In this document: positions 18,047 to 30,534 of the stretch, piece by piece | How the letters are laid out: every line of letters starts with the position of its first letter | Numbering within the stretch: position 1 is the first letter of the stretch | Assembly: GCA_040767085.1 (NCBI GenBank) | Contig: JAXGPF010000003.1 | Span: 224,001 to 288,000 of the forward strand | Source: Kiritimatiellia bacterium | Lineage (GTDB): Bacteria > Verrucomicrobiota > Kiritimatiellia > JAAZAB01 | Direction of reading: 5' to 3' | Length of the DNA stretch: 64,000 bases | Notes under the pieces: model-generated | Told to the model about the DNA's origin: nothing | The model's input: the letters and a program-made list of their open reading frames with translations, nothing else | Database searches by the model: none | Made by a program: the position numbers and the translations under genes

Positions 18047-20608
18047 TCAGGATTCCGGCGGAGGGGGAGCGGACGGATCTTCCGCGGGCGCATCCGGCGC
18101 GGCGGCCGGCTCGCTGTTTGCCGGGGCCGGGGCGGCGCCTTCCGCGCCATTGACGCCGTTTTCACCGGCGGCTTCTGCCTGGTCGTCTTCCGGCTCAACC
18201 TTGGTGGCGGAGACCAGGGAATCGCCTTCGTCCAGGTTGATCAGGCGCACGCCCTGGGTCACCCGGCTGATGACGCGCATGCCGGCGACATTGATGCGGA
18301 TCATCTTGCCGCCCGCGGTAATCAGCATCAAGGCGTCATTTTCCATGACCGCGTGGGCGCCGACTACCAGGCCGTTGCGGTCGGAGGTGCGGATGGCGAA
18401 AATGCCCTTGCCGCCCCGGTGTTGGCCGCGATACTCGTCAAATGCCGTGCGTTTGCCGTAGCCGTGCTCGGTGCAGATGAAAAACGTGGCGCGCGGGTCC
18501 ACGATTTCGATGGTCTCCAGGCAGTCGCCCTCGCCCAGGCGGATGCCGAGCACACCGCGGGTGGCGCGGCCCATGATGCGCAATTCGGATTCCTGGAACC
18601 GGAGGCTCATGCCCTGGCGGGTGGCCAGCATGATGTCGTCCTTGCCGGAAGTTTGCTTGACGCCGATCAGGCGGTCGCCTTCGTCAATGTTGATGGCGAT
18701 GATGCCGGCGCGGCGCGGGTTGCCGAAATCGCTCAAGCGGGTTTTCTTGATGATGCCCCGCGCGGTGGCCATGGCCAGGAATTCCGTTTCCGGGAAATCC
18801 CGCACGCGCACCATCGCCGCGATTTTCTCGCCGGACTGCAGTTCCAGCAGGTTGACAATCGCCTTGCCGCGGGCGGCGCGGCCGGCTTCGGGAATCTCGT
18901 AGACTTTCTCCCAATACAACCGGCCGTTCTCGGTGAAAAACAGGATGTAGTCGTGCGTACTGGCCACGAAAACGTGCTCGACGTAATCCTCCTCGCGCGT
19001 TTCCATGCCCGCCACGCCCTTGCCGCCCCGTCGCTGCGCGCGGTAGGTGCTGACCGGCACGCGTTTGATATAGCCGGAATGGCTGATGGTGATGACGCAA
19101 CTGCGGTCGGCAATGAGGTCCTCGATCTGCATCTCGCCCTCATCGGGGACGATATCCGTCCGGCGCGCGTCGCCGTAAAGCTCCTTGATTTCCAGGAGGT
19201 CTTCCCGGATCACCGCCAGAATTTTGGCGCGGCTGGCCAGCAATTCACGCAGCCAGGAAATGTGCTTGATCAGCGCCAGGTACTCGTCCTCCAGCTTGCT
19301 GCGTTCCAGGCCCGTCAACTGGTACAACCGCATGTCCAGGATGGCGTTGGTCTGGATTTCCGTCAGGCCGAACCGGCGCATCAGTTCCGCCCGGGCTTCG
19401 TCGCGGTTTTTGGCGCCGCGGATGATTTTTACCACGGCATCCAGGTTGTCAATGGCGATCTTCAGCCCTTCGAGAATGTGCGCCCGGGCTTCGGCCTTTT
19501 CCAGTTCAAACTTGGTGCGGCGGGTGATCACTTCCACGCGGTGGGCCAGGAAGGCTTCCAGTATCTGCTTTAAATTCATGATCCGCGGCCGGCCCTTGTC
19601 GATCGCCAGCATGATGGCGCCGAAAGTGGTCTGAAGCTGGGTGTGCTTGTAGAGGTTGTTCAGAATAACCTTGGGCACCACGCCGCGCTTGAGTTCGATC
19701 ACGATGCGGATGCCGCTCTTGTCGGATTCGTCGCGCACATCGCTGATGCCTTCCAGTATCTTGTTCTGCACCAGTTCGGCGATGCTCTTGACCAGCGTTG
19801 ACTTGTTGACCACATAGGGGATTTCCGTGATGACGATGCTTTCCTTGCCCTGGCGGCCTTCTTCGACGCCGGCCCGGCCGCGGACGCGCAACTGGCCGCG
19901 GCCGGTCCGATACATGCTCTGGATCGGCTTGATGCCGCAAATCAACGCGCCGGTGGGAAAATCCGGGCCCTTGACATGCCGCATCAGGTCCGTCACCTCG
20001 GCCTGGGGATCGTCAATCAGCGCCACCACCGCGTCCACGACTTCGCCGAGATTATGCGGGGGGATGTTGGTAGCCATGCCCACGGCGATGCCGGTGCTGC
20101 CGTTGAGCAGCAGGTTCGGCAGGCGGGCGGGCAGGACGGACGGCTCATCCAGTTCGCCATTATAATTTTTGACCATCGGCACGGTCTGCTTGTCAATGTC
20201 CGCCAGCATTTCCTCGGCCAACTGGCGCAGGCGGGTTTCGGTGTAGCGGTAGGCGGCGGCGCTGTCGCCGTCAATGCTGCCGAAATTGCCCTGGCCGTCC
20301 ACCAGGGGGTAGCGCATGGCAAACGGCTGGGCCATGCGCACGAGGGTGTCATAGACGGCGGAATCGCCGTGCGGATGATATTTGCCGAGCACTTCACCCA
20401 CGACGTAGGCTGATTTCTTGAAAGCCCGGTTATGCAGCAGTCCGAGCTGGCGCATGGCGAAGAGGATGCGGCGCGCGCCCGGCTTCAACCCGTCGCGCAC
20501 GTCCGGCAGCGCGCGGCCGATAATGACGCTCATGGAGTAGTCAATGTAGGCGCGCTGCATCTCGTCTTCGATATTGATGGCGCCGACAATGTCATTTCTG
20601 GCAAACAT
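18047..20608 (-). CDS. gyrA: DNA gyrase subunit A
   Basis: [26 protein letters not shown] active-site tyrosine, GyrA box QRRGGKG. Confidence 0.98.
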   Translation of the reverse strand: MFARNDIVGAINIEDEMQRAYIDYSMSVIIGRALPDVRDGLKPGARRILFAMRQLGLLHNRAFKKSAYVVGEVLGKYHPHGDSAVYDTLVRMAQPFAMRYPLVDGQGNFGSIDGDSAAAYRYTETRLRQLAEEMLADIDKQTVPMVKNYNGELDEPSVLPARLPNLLLNGSTGIAVGMATNIPPHNLGEVVDAVVALIDDPQAEVTDLMRHVKGPDFPTGALICGIKPIQSMYRTGRGQLRVRGRAGVEEGRQGKESIVITEIPYVVNKSTLVKSIAELVQNKILEGISDVRDESDKSGIRIVIELKRGVVPKVILNNLYKHTQLQTTFGAIMLAIDKGRPRIMNLKQILEAFLAHRVEVITRRTKFELEKAEARAHILEGLKIAIDNLDAVVKIIRGAKNRDEARAELMRRFGLTEIQTNAILDMRLYQLTGLERSKLEDEYLALIKHISWLRELLASRAKILAVIREDLLEIKELYGDARRTDIVPDEGEMQIEDLIADRSCVITISHSGYIKRVPVSTYRAQRRGGKGVAGMETREEDYVEHVFVASTHDYILFFTENGRLYWEKVYEIPEAGRAARGKAIVNLLELQSGEKIAAMVRVRDFPETEFLAMATARGIIKKTRLSDFGNPRRAGIIAINIDEGDRLIGVKQTSGKDDIMLATRQGMSLRFQESELRIMGRATRGVLGIRLGEGDCLETIEIVDPRATFFICTEHGYGKRTAFDEYRGQHRGGKGIFAIRTSDRNGLVVGAHAVMENDALMLITAGGKMIRINVAGMRVISRVTQGVRLINLDEGDSLVSATKVEPEDDQAEAAGENGVNGAEGAAPAPANSEPAAAPDAPAEDPSAPPPPES

Positions 20609-20635
20609 CTTGATCTCCAAGGGTCCGGACCGCGG

Positions 20636-23152
<2,517 letters not shown>

Positions 23153-23251
23153 TCAAATCAGGATAGTGTAGCATGCCACAAGCTTAAAAGCAAACATTAT
23201 CCGCGCGATTTCCGCAAAATAATCAGCGCCGGGAGGGGGATGGATGCCGCT

Positions 23252-24874
23252 TCAAAATGGGATTTCGGACAGCCGGACAGCCGGGTTGCGCTCCTGGAAA
23301 TAGCGCAGGTTCCATTCGTCGGGGAAGAGGATGGCCGGGCGTTCCCGGCTGTCGCGCGCCAGCCGGGCGGCGGTGGGCAATTGCATTCCCTCGAGGTCCG
23401 TCCCGGGCCCAACCCAGCGGGTGACGGTCCACGGGGCCGGCTCCAGCCGCGAAGCGGCGCCGTATTCGCTTTCAAGGCGGGACTGGACGATTTCCAACTG
23501 CAATGGGCCGACCGCGCCCAGCACCGCCTTACGGAACTGGCCATCCAATTGGTAGGACTGCACCACGCCTTCCTGCAGTAACTGGGCCAATCCTTCGCGG
23601 AAGCGCTTGAAATTGGCCGGCTCCGGGTTTTCCAGGTACGCAAAACATTCCGGCGCAAACCAGGGAATTTCCTCGTACGCAATGGCAGGATCCTCGGTCA
23701 AAGTGTCGCCGATGGCGAATTGGGCGCTGCCGACGATCCCCACAACATCGCCCGGGAACGCTTCATCTACCGTCTCGCGCTCGCGGCCGAAGAGCTTGGC
23801 GGCATTCGACAGGCGCACGGTTTTATTGGCGCGCGCGAGCGTGACATTCATATCGCGCTCGAATTTGCCCGACACCACCCGTACAAAGGCGATTCGATCG
23901 CGGTGCCGCGGGTCCATGTTGGCCTGTATTTTGAAGACAAAGCCTGAAAATGCCGGATGCTCCGGCTGCACCACCCCGTGCCGGGAACGACGCCCAGCCG
24001 GCGCCGCGGAGAGGTCCAGGAATCCGTCCAGCAGCAATTGGACGCCGAAATTATTCAAAGCGCTCCCGAAATAAACCGGGGTCGTCTTCCCGGCCAGCAC
24101 ATCCGCCGGATGCAACTGCGCCCCGGCGGCCTCCAGCATGGCCACCTCCTCGCAAACGGCCCGGTGGGTCGTTGCGTCCAGTTGTTCGCGCACCAGCCGG
24201 TCGTTCAGGCCGGCGGTGGCTACCGGCGCCCGGCGGGCGCCGCCAGTGGTGCGTTCGTACAAATGCGCCATTTGGGTCTGCCGGTCCCATACCCCCTTGA
24301 AATCGAAGCCCGTGCCCAGCGGCCAGTTCATCGGGTAGGCAGCGATGCCCAGGACGCTTTCCAGTTCATCCAGCAGCGCCAACGGCTCCAGGGTGGGCCG
24401 GTCGAGTTTATTGATGAAGGTGAAAATAGGCACGCCGCGGCGGCGGCAGACTTCGAACAACTTGCGGGTTTGGACTTCAATGCCCTTGCCCGCATCAATC
24501 ACCATCACCGCCGCGTCCACCGCGGTTAGCACGCGGTAGGTGTCCTCGGAAAAATCCTTGTGCCCCGGGGTGTCCAGCAAGTTGATGCGGAAATTGTCGT
24601 AATCAAACTGAAGCACCGTCGAACTGATCGAGATACCGCGTTTTTTCTCCAATTCCATCCAGTCGGAGGTGGTGGCGCGCTGGTTCTTGCGGGCCTTGAC
24701 GGACCCGGCCAGGTGCAGCGCGCCGCCGTACAGCAGGAATTTCTCCGTCAGCGTGGTCTTCCCGGCGTCCGGATGCGACACGATGGCAAAAGTGCGCCGG
24801 CGGGCGATCTCCCGGCGCATCGTCCGTTGATCGCCCGCCGCGGCGGCGGCAATTGTGATATCATCGTCTTCCAT
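23252..24874 (-). CDS. prfC: Peptide chain release factor 3
   Basis: RRTFAIVSHPDAGKTT, DTPGHKDFSEDTYR, FKIQANMDPRHRDR. Confidence 0.97.
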   Translation of the reverse strand: MEDDDITIAAAAAGDQRTMRREIARRRTFAIVSHPDAGKTTLTEKFLLYGGALHLAGSVKARKNQRATTSDWMELEKKRGISISSTVLQFDYDNFRINLLDTPGHKDFSEDTYRVLTAVDAAVMVIDAGKGIEVQTRKLFEVCRRRGVPIFTFINKLDRPTLEPLALLDELESVLGIAAYPMNWPLGTGFDFKGVWDRQTQMAHLYERTTGGARRAPVATAGLNDRLVREQLDATTHRAVCEEVAMLEAAGAQLHPADVLAGKTTPVYFGSALNNFGVQLLLDGFLDLSAAPAGRRSRHGVVQPEHPAFSGFVFKIQANMDPRHRDRIAFVRVVSGKFERDMNVTLARANKTVRLSNAAKLFGRERETVDEAFPGDVVGIVGSAQFAIGDTLTEDPAIAYEEIPWFAPECFAYLENPEPANFKRFREGLAQLLQEGVVQSYQLDGQFRKAVLGAVGPLQLEIVQSRLESEYGAASRLEPAPWTVTRWVGPGTDLEGMQLPTAARLARDSRERPAILFPDEWNLRYFQERNPAVRLSEIPF

Positions 24875-24958
24875 ATTTCCGCGCCCTGATGATTGCGGGC
24901 CGGAAGTATGTAAGCAGCCACGCCGTCATGTCAATCCTGAATTTTATTTGCGCAACTT

Positions 24959-27505
24959 TCACCAATTCAAGCTGGACACACTATAATTCGAGCCGGACAA
25001 CATGACCGAAAAAGTTCGCGTTGCCGGATCGTATACGGCCGGATCGGCCTGTCCGTCATTGTCGTAGTCCCCGCCGGCGCACGCCGCCGCCGTCGGGCCG
25101 CCGAATCCAGCCGCGCTCTCGGTGACGGTATAGCCCTGCGCCGAAAACGTACACTGCCAGAATCCGCCGGCCGGCTGATAGACCATGATATCGGCCAGGC
25201 CATCCCCATCGTAATCGCCGGGAACCGGCACGCAACCCACGCCTCCCATCGTCATCAGCGAAGCCGGCGCATAGGCGCTGGCGGACAACAAGACCATCCA
25301 GGCGCCGGCGGCAGGATTGTACACGCCCGGATCGGTTTTGCCATCGCCGTCATAATCGGCGCTGGCATTGAGCCAGCCGGCGCCGCCCAGCGGCGTGCTC
25401 GCAAAGGCATACCCGGAATCCGAAAGCCAGACGGCCATCTGGCCGGCCGCCGCGGAGTACAACGCCGGATCGGCCTTGCCGTCACTGTCAAAATCGCCGC
25501 TGACCGGGACGCAACTGGAGTCGCCGATCATCCGCGTTTGCAGGGCGTAGGCCTGCGAGGAATACAGCGCCTGCCACTTGCCGGCGAGCGGGTCGTACAC
25601 GGCCGGGTCGGCCTTGCCATCGCCGTCAAAGTCGCCGGGAATCGGCTGAACGCCGATCGCCGCGGGGTGAACGCTCAAGGGGCGGGGCGCTATGGTCCGG
25701 GCATAATTATCGCCGGACTGGAACAGGGAAAAAACGCCACATTCGGCGCTGAATACGGTCAGATCGGACTTGCCATCCCCATCGTAGTCATGGCCGCCAA
25801 GTTGCAGCGGCGTTCCGTATTGCGCGATTTTCGCCTGCATGGCGGGGGTCAATTTTTTGACCAGTTCCGCGTTATACGTATGCGACGAAGTGTCGGTTAA
25901 GGACAGATTGCCGAATACCCGGCTGGCGCCGATGCCATACCCCAGCGACTTCCACGCGCACGAGTTGGACTCGACCTGCGGATCAACACAGGTCGTCAGG
26001 ATGGAGATGCTGTTGTCGTGGTTGCGGCGGATATCCCAAGTGCGAAACTGACGGGGGAAGTCCCGCAACGAAGGGGTTTCAACCTGCCAGAAGCCGTATT
26101 CCGGGTGGGCCGGGTCCGGCGACGGAAAAGGGGTCACCACGCCCATATGGCGATGCCCCGCCATCACCATGAGGAGATTCGGATAATTGTGCAGCGTGGC
26201 GATCAAGTTCGATTCGACTTGCGCATCGTAAAATGCTCCCGGCGGACGGTTGGTGTCGGTCAGGCTCGCTTGCGGACTTATGGGTATATGGCATGCAATG
26301 AGCATGAGTTGATCCGCATCCTGCCCCATCTGCAACTCGTTGGTGAGCCAGGCGTTGCGCACCGCGTCCATCCAGCCGGCCCCATAGAAGAATGGGCTTT
26401 GCCCCGGTTCGTTCGACTTGCAGGTATTGTCCAGCACGATCACTTTGATCGGCATGTTTGCCACCGGCTCGAACGCATAACAGGCCGTCAAACTGCCCGT
26501 GTGCGCCGGATTGAAGCCGTGCCCCAGCGGGGAAGATGTGCTGTTAAAGAACTCGTTGACAAAGTTCGTGGGCGTGGCAATATCCGTCGTGAGGCTGCGG
26601 CGGTCCGGATCGGCGGCGACGGTCGGGGGTGAATCGTAAAGGTTGGTCACACCCCATTTAACCACAGCGCCGTAGGGGGTGGTCCCGTCTACCACGCCCA
26701 CATACATGCCGGTCCCCTCGGAGCCCGGGGGAAACAGGGGGCCGTTGACTGAAATATTGAGCACATTGGATCCCACCAAGGCCTGTTTGATTTTGTCGGT
26801 CGGCATGCCCACTCCCATCCACATCTGATCATGGTTGCCGATCACCCCATACCAGGGAATGGCGGGATCGAGTCCGGCGGCCTGGAAGGGCATCTGGTAG
26901 TCAATGGTGTCGGCGCCGCGGTGATCGCCGGAGCTGGGCGTAATATACTGGCCGTCCATGACCTGCATGAACCAGCGGAGCTCGTTGAATTGCGAAGCGT
27001 TGCACAGATCGCCGAGCGCCAGCCCGAAATTGAACGGGGTCTGCCGATGCAAGGCGTTGATGGTCCTGACGGCGGTGTCGAGGTGGTGGGTCGTATCGAA
27101 AATGATCGGGGAATACGCCGACATATTCAGGCCGCCCGGTCCGGGATCGGTAAAGGACGCGCTCCAACCGAGGTAGGGCACCTGGGCCGGGGATTCCTTG
27201 TCGGTGATATGAATGTCGCTGATGGAGAAGAACGATAAAAGCCGCGCCGCATTGCCGGAACCCATGTAGCCATCCGGCATCAGGGTGAACTTCCGGCCCT
27301 CATTCGTGCCGACGCCCACATTCCAGGCGCTGTAGCCCAGGACCGCGTATTGGGCTACGTTGGACGGGGCAATCGGCGGCGTGTTCGGCGGCAGGAGCCG
27401 CGGCAAAATCGTCTGTTGACGTGTCGTCGGCACGGCCCCGCTGCCGGAACCGGCAAACCATAGCAGCGTTGACATACCGGCGATTGAGACCAGCGCTTTC
27501 TTCAT
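24959..27505 (-). CDS. Secreted metallophosphoesterase (TIGR03768-like) with C-terminal FG-GAP/VCBS repeats
   Basis: SDIHITDKESP, LGD, GNHD, AGHRH; six D(Y/F)DxDGxxD repeats; signal peptide from MKKALV. Confidence 0.88.
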   Translation of the reverse strand: MKKALVSIAGMSTLLWFAGSGSGAVPTTRQQTILPRLLPPNTPPIAPSNVAQYAVLGYSAWNVGVGTNEGRKFTLMPDGYMGSGNAARLLSFFSISDIHITDKESPAQVPYLGWSASFTDPGPGGLNMSAYSPIIFDTTHHLDTAVRTINALHRQTPFNFGLALGDLCNASQFNELRWFMQVMDGQYITPSSGDHRGADTIDYQMPFQAAGLDPAIPWYGVIGNHDQMWMGVGMPTDKIKQALVGSNVLNISVNGPLFPPGSEGTGMYVGVVDGTTPYGAVVKWGVTNLYDSPPTVAADPDRRSLTTDIATPTNFVNEFFNSTSSPLGHGFNPAHTGSLTACYAFEPVANMPIKVIVLDNTCKSNEPGQSPFFYGAGWMDAVRNAWLTNELQMGQDADQLMLIACHIPISPQASLTDTNRPPGAFYDAQVESNLIATLHNYPNLLMVMAGHRHMGVVTPFPSPDPAHPEYGFWQVETPSLRDFPRQFRTWDIRRNHDNSISILTTCVDPQVESNSCAWKSLGYGIGASRVFGNLSLTDTSSHTYNAELVKKLTPAMQAKIAQYGTPLQLGGHDYDGDGKSDLTVFSAECGVFSLFQSGDNYARTIAPRPLSVHPAAIGVQPIPGDFDGDGKADPAVYDPLAGKWQALYSSQAYALQTRMIGDSSCVPVSGDFDSDGKADPALYSAAAGQMAVWLSDSGYAFASTPLGGAGWLNASADYDGDGKTDPGVYNPAAGAWMVLLSASAYAPASLMTMGGVGCVPVPGDYDGDGLADIMVYQPAGGFWQCTFSAQGYTVTESAAGFGGPTAAACAGGDYDNDGQADPAVYDPATRTFSVMLSGSNYSVSSLNW

Positions 27506-27619
27506 AACCCGCGTTCCTTTAATCCATATGATAAAGAATTTGACTCCATATAATTGCCGCGGAGTATAGGAGGCAGACAAAAGTTGTCAAGCGACATTGC
27601 GCATCAATCCGGAGCGGCC

Positions 27620-27662
27620 GCGCATCTGCGATTCGGGGTATTCGGCGAAGCGCAATTTTTTG
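27620..27662. repeat. Partial copy of the 10186 MITE left end
   Basis: 37/43 identical to 10188-10230. Confidence 0.65.
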
Positions 27663-27795
27663 AACCGAATTCAAAACACTGCGACGGCGAGGAAGCAAAG
27701 CAAAATTGGGTTGCGGGCATACACCCTTGGGCAAAAATATGATTGACCACTAAATCTTATTATCATATTCTATGATTATCTGATTGGAGATATAT

Positions 27796-28077
27796 ATGCA
27801 TGCTAAAGTTCTGAGTGTTACGGAGGCGGTTAGACACTTCTCTGACTATGTGAACAGGGTGGCCTACCGCAGGGAGGCATTCGTATTGCGGCGGGGCAAG
27901 CTGGCACTTGCGGAACTGCGCCCTGTGCCGAGCGCCCGCCGCTTGGGAGATTTGCCGGGAATCATCGCGTCGCTGCCGGCCCTTTCCGAGTCAGACGCGA
28001 AGGCTTTCGCCGATGACGTTTGCAACGCCCGCATGGGCATGCGGCGTGAAGGATGGCGAGACCCATGGGACTCTTGA
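27796..28077 (+). CDS. Phd/YefM-like antitoxin
   Basis: LSVTEAVRHFSDYVNRV...RDPWDS; overlaps the downstream PIN gene; AATATGAT/ATCATATT IR upstream. Confidence 0.82.
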   Translation: MHAKVLSVTEAVRHFSDYVNRVAYRREAFVLRRGKLALAELRPVPSARRLGDLPGIIASLPALSESDAKAFADDVCNARMGMRREGWRDPWDS

Positions 28078-28469
28078 TTGACAGTAACGTGTTGATCGCG
28101 CTGGAGCGGAAGGGCTTGGAACTTTCCTCCCGAATCGCCGGACGAGAGCAAGAAGAAGTATTCCTCTCCGTCATCTCGGCCAGCGAGTTGCTGCATGGTG
28201 TCCATCGTGCCGCCACCCCCAAGTTGCGCGCAAATCGCCTCGCGTTCGTCGAGGCCGTTCTCGCGTCTTTCCCGCTGCTGGAGATTGATCTTGCGACGGC
28301 CCGTTCTCACGCTCTATTGTGGAGCCAACTTACCCAGCGCGGAGAGATGATTGGGGTTCACGACTCATGGCTTGCGGCCACATGTCTTGCGCATGGACTG
28401 AAGCTTGCCACGGCAAACGTCCGCGAGTTCATGCGAGTGCCAGGCCTCAAGGTCGAAGAATGGAAATAA
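28065..28469 (+). CDS. vapC: VapC PIN-domain toxin
   Basis: LIDSNVLI, SEL, HDSWLAAT, TANVREF..VPGL. Confidence 0.9.
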   Translation: MGLLIDSNVLIALERKGLELSSRIAGREQEEVFLSVISASELLHGVHRAATPKLRANRLAFVEAVLASFPLLEIDLATARSHALLWSQLTQRGEMIGVHDSWLAATCLAHGLKLATANVREFMRVPGLKVEEWK

Positions 28470-28494
28470 TTTCAGCGAAGAATCGTGTTCCCGG

Positions 28495-30534
28495 TCATTC
28501 CAGCGCCAGCAGCTCGTAGCCGCAAACCCGCGGCACCAGCACGCCGTCATATTCCCCGCGCGTCCGCACCGGCAGCGGCGCGCCGGATAACGCCAGGCGC
28601 GCCGACCGGACCGGCCGCCCGTCGCGGCGCAGCCAGACGGTCACATCGCGCACATCCAGCGGCTCCTCGATCACCTGCGTGGCGCGCCCGCGCAGTTCGG
28701 GCATGTAGGCCAGCAGATGAATCAGCCGACGCCGGCCCTGACGCATGACCGTGGCCTGGGCGCAAGCCGGCATGTTTTCCACTCGCACCAGCGGGTCGGG
28801 CAGACCAAGTTCCACGCAATTGCGGAACAGGTATTTGTAGGCCGGCACGGCGAATTCATAATACGCCGTAAAGACCGGGAAGCTGAAATGCAAAATGTTG
28901 CCCATCCGCACCGCCGCCGGCCGGCCGGCCGGCTTCTCGGGCGGGATGTAAAGATTTTCATGGTAGCCGTCCCAGGACTGCTGATTAAAATACGGCCGGT
29001 AAAGCGCCGCCAGCGTTTCCACCCTGCCGCGCGGCCGCACGGCCGCACCGGGCTGGTAGATCGTGGTCAGCATGTCCGGCACATCGGCCGCCACTTTTCT
29101 GGCGGCCTTGAAAAACGAAAAATGGTGTGGCTCCGGCCCGAGATAATCCAACTTGTATTCCGGCAGGGCGAACCGGGTCTTTTCCGGGTTCAAGCCGGCA
29201 GTGGCGGACGACACCAGCAGCCCGCCCCGGCGTAAATGCGCCTGCAGTTTGCGGCGCAACCCAGGATCCACGGTGACATTGTCCGGCAGGATCAATACCC
29301 GGTAACCGGACAAGTCCCCCAACCCATCGCAAAGGTCGAATTGATACTTCAACTCATTCAGCAGGCGCGCGGCGCCGCGCAGGTGCTGTATGCTGTAAAA
29401 ATTCCGCGGGAATTCCGCCAGGTCCGGACAGACCACCGCCATTTCCGAGACGGGCGCGGCGCCCGCCACCCACGGCTCGATCTTTTTAACCTCGTCATAC
29501 ACCTCGCCAATCCGGCGGTACACCGCCGGCTCCAGCCGCGCCCGGGGATGGGCGTGATCGCCCACGCTGCAGGCACTGCCCAGCGACAGCGCCTGCTGGC
29601 AATCGAACAGCAGCGATGGTTTGGAGCGCAGCCCGCCGAAATCGCGCCAACTGCGGTGGAACCGGCCGGTCATGGTCAGGCACGGCTTCTTCAGCGACCG
29701 CGCGTACCGCACCATGAAGGGAATGGCGTCATAGCCGTATTCCGGCGCCGTGGGAATGACTTCGACCTCGATATGCGTGGGCTGTTCCCGCCAGGGCATG
29801 CCGTTGAAAAACAGCAGCAAATCCGGCTTGCCCTGCGCGCGCGCCAGTTGTTCCACATCGCGCTGGAACTTACGCATTACCTCCAGCGAAAATCGTTTTA
29901 CCTGCGCCTCGTCATCAATGTTCAAACCCGCGGCCCGCATGCCGTCCAGGCATTCCACCCCGTAACAAGGCGCGGGGCCCAGGCCGTCGAAAAACAAGCC
30001 GTCCACCGGATAGCGCGCGAGCACTTCCCGCACCATGCCCAGCAGGTAATCGCGGTAGCCGGTATTCAGGCAGGGCCGGCGGAACCAGTGATTCATCTTC
30101 GCCATGTCGTAGATCTTGCCATCCCGGTCCACCTTGCACCATTCCCGCCGCCGCAGGACATGTTCGTGGTCCAAGCCGGCCTGGAAATAGGCCGCCGCCC
30201 GGATGCCGCGCGCATGGCAGACGCGCACCATACCGCCCAGCAGGTCGGGGTGCTTCAAGCCCGGATGCGGCCGGCCGATTTTGGTGGGATAATAGGCGAA
30301 ACCCAGGTTGCACTTGGCAAACACCGTGATGTAATCCACCCCGGCATCGGCCAAAGTCTTCCCGAAAGCCGTAGGATCGAATTCCGCGCCGACGTCATAC
30401 ACGCCGGGCATGGTATGGAAATCCATGTGGACCGCGCGGCGAGGGCATTGTTTGATGGCAGGCATCATGTTTGGCCTCTCAGGCCGGGATTGCGGCAGGA
30501 TAGCCAACCAAACCTCTTCATCACTATTCCTCAA
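28495..30534 (-). CDS. GHL6-type glycoside hydrolase with beta-galactosidase trimerisation domain (start may be 30468)
   Basis: VHMDFHT, FAKCNLG..YYPT, DGLFFD, TGRFHRSWRDFGG. Confidence 0.8.
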   Translation of the reverse strand: MRNSDEEVWLAILPQSRPERPNMMPAIKQCPRRAVHMDFHTMPGVYDVGAEFDPTAFGKTLADAGVDYITVFAKCNLGFAYYPTKIGRPHPGLKHPDLLGGMVRVCHARGIRAAAYFQAGLDHEHVLRRREWCKVDRDGKIYDMAKMNHWFRRPCLNTGYRDYLLGMVREVLARYPVDGLFFDGLGPAPCYGVECLDGMRAAGLNIDDEAQVKRFSLEVMRKFQRDVEQLARAQGKPDLLLFFNGMPWREQPTHIEVEVIPTAPEYGYDAIPFMVRYARSLKKPCLTMTGRFHRSWRDFGGLRSKPSLLFDCQQALSLGSACSVGDHAHPRARLEPAVYRRIGEVYDEVKKIEPWVAGAAPVSEMAVVCPDLAEFPRNFYSIQHLRGAARLLNELKYQFDLCDGLGDLSGYRVLILPDNVTVDPGLRRKLQAHLRRGGLLVSSATAGLNPEKTRFALPEYKLDYLGPEPHHFSFFKAARKVAADVPDMLTTIYQPGAAVRPRGRVETLAALYRPYFNQQSWDGYHENLYIPPEKPAGRPAAVRMGNILHFSFPVFTAYYEFAVPAYKYLFRNCVELGLPDPLVRVENMPACAQATVMRQGRRRLIHLLAYMPELRGRATQVIEEPLDVRDVTVWLRRDGRPVRSARLALSGAPLPVRTRGEYDGVLVPRVCGYELLALE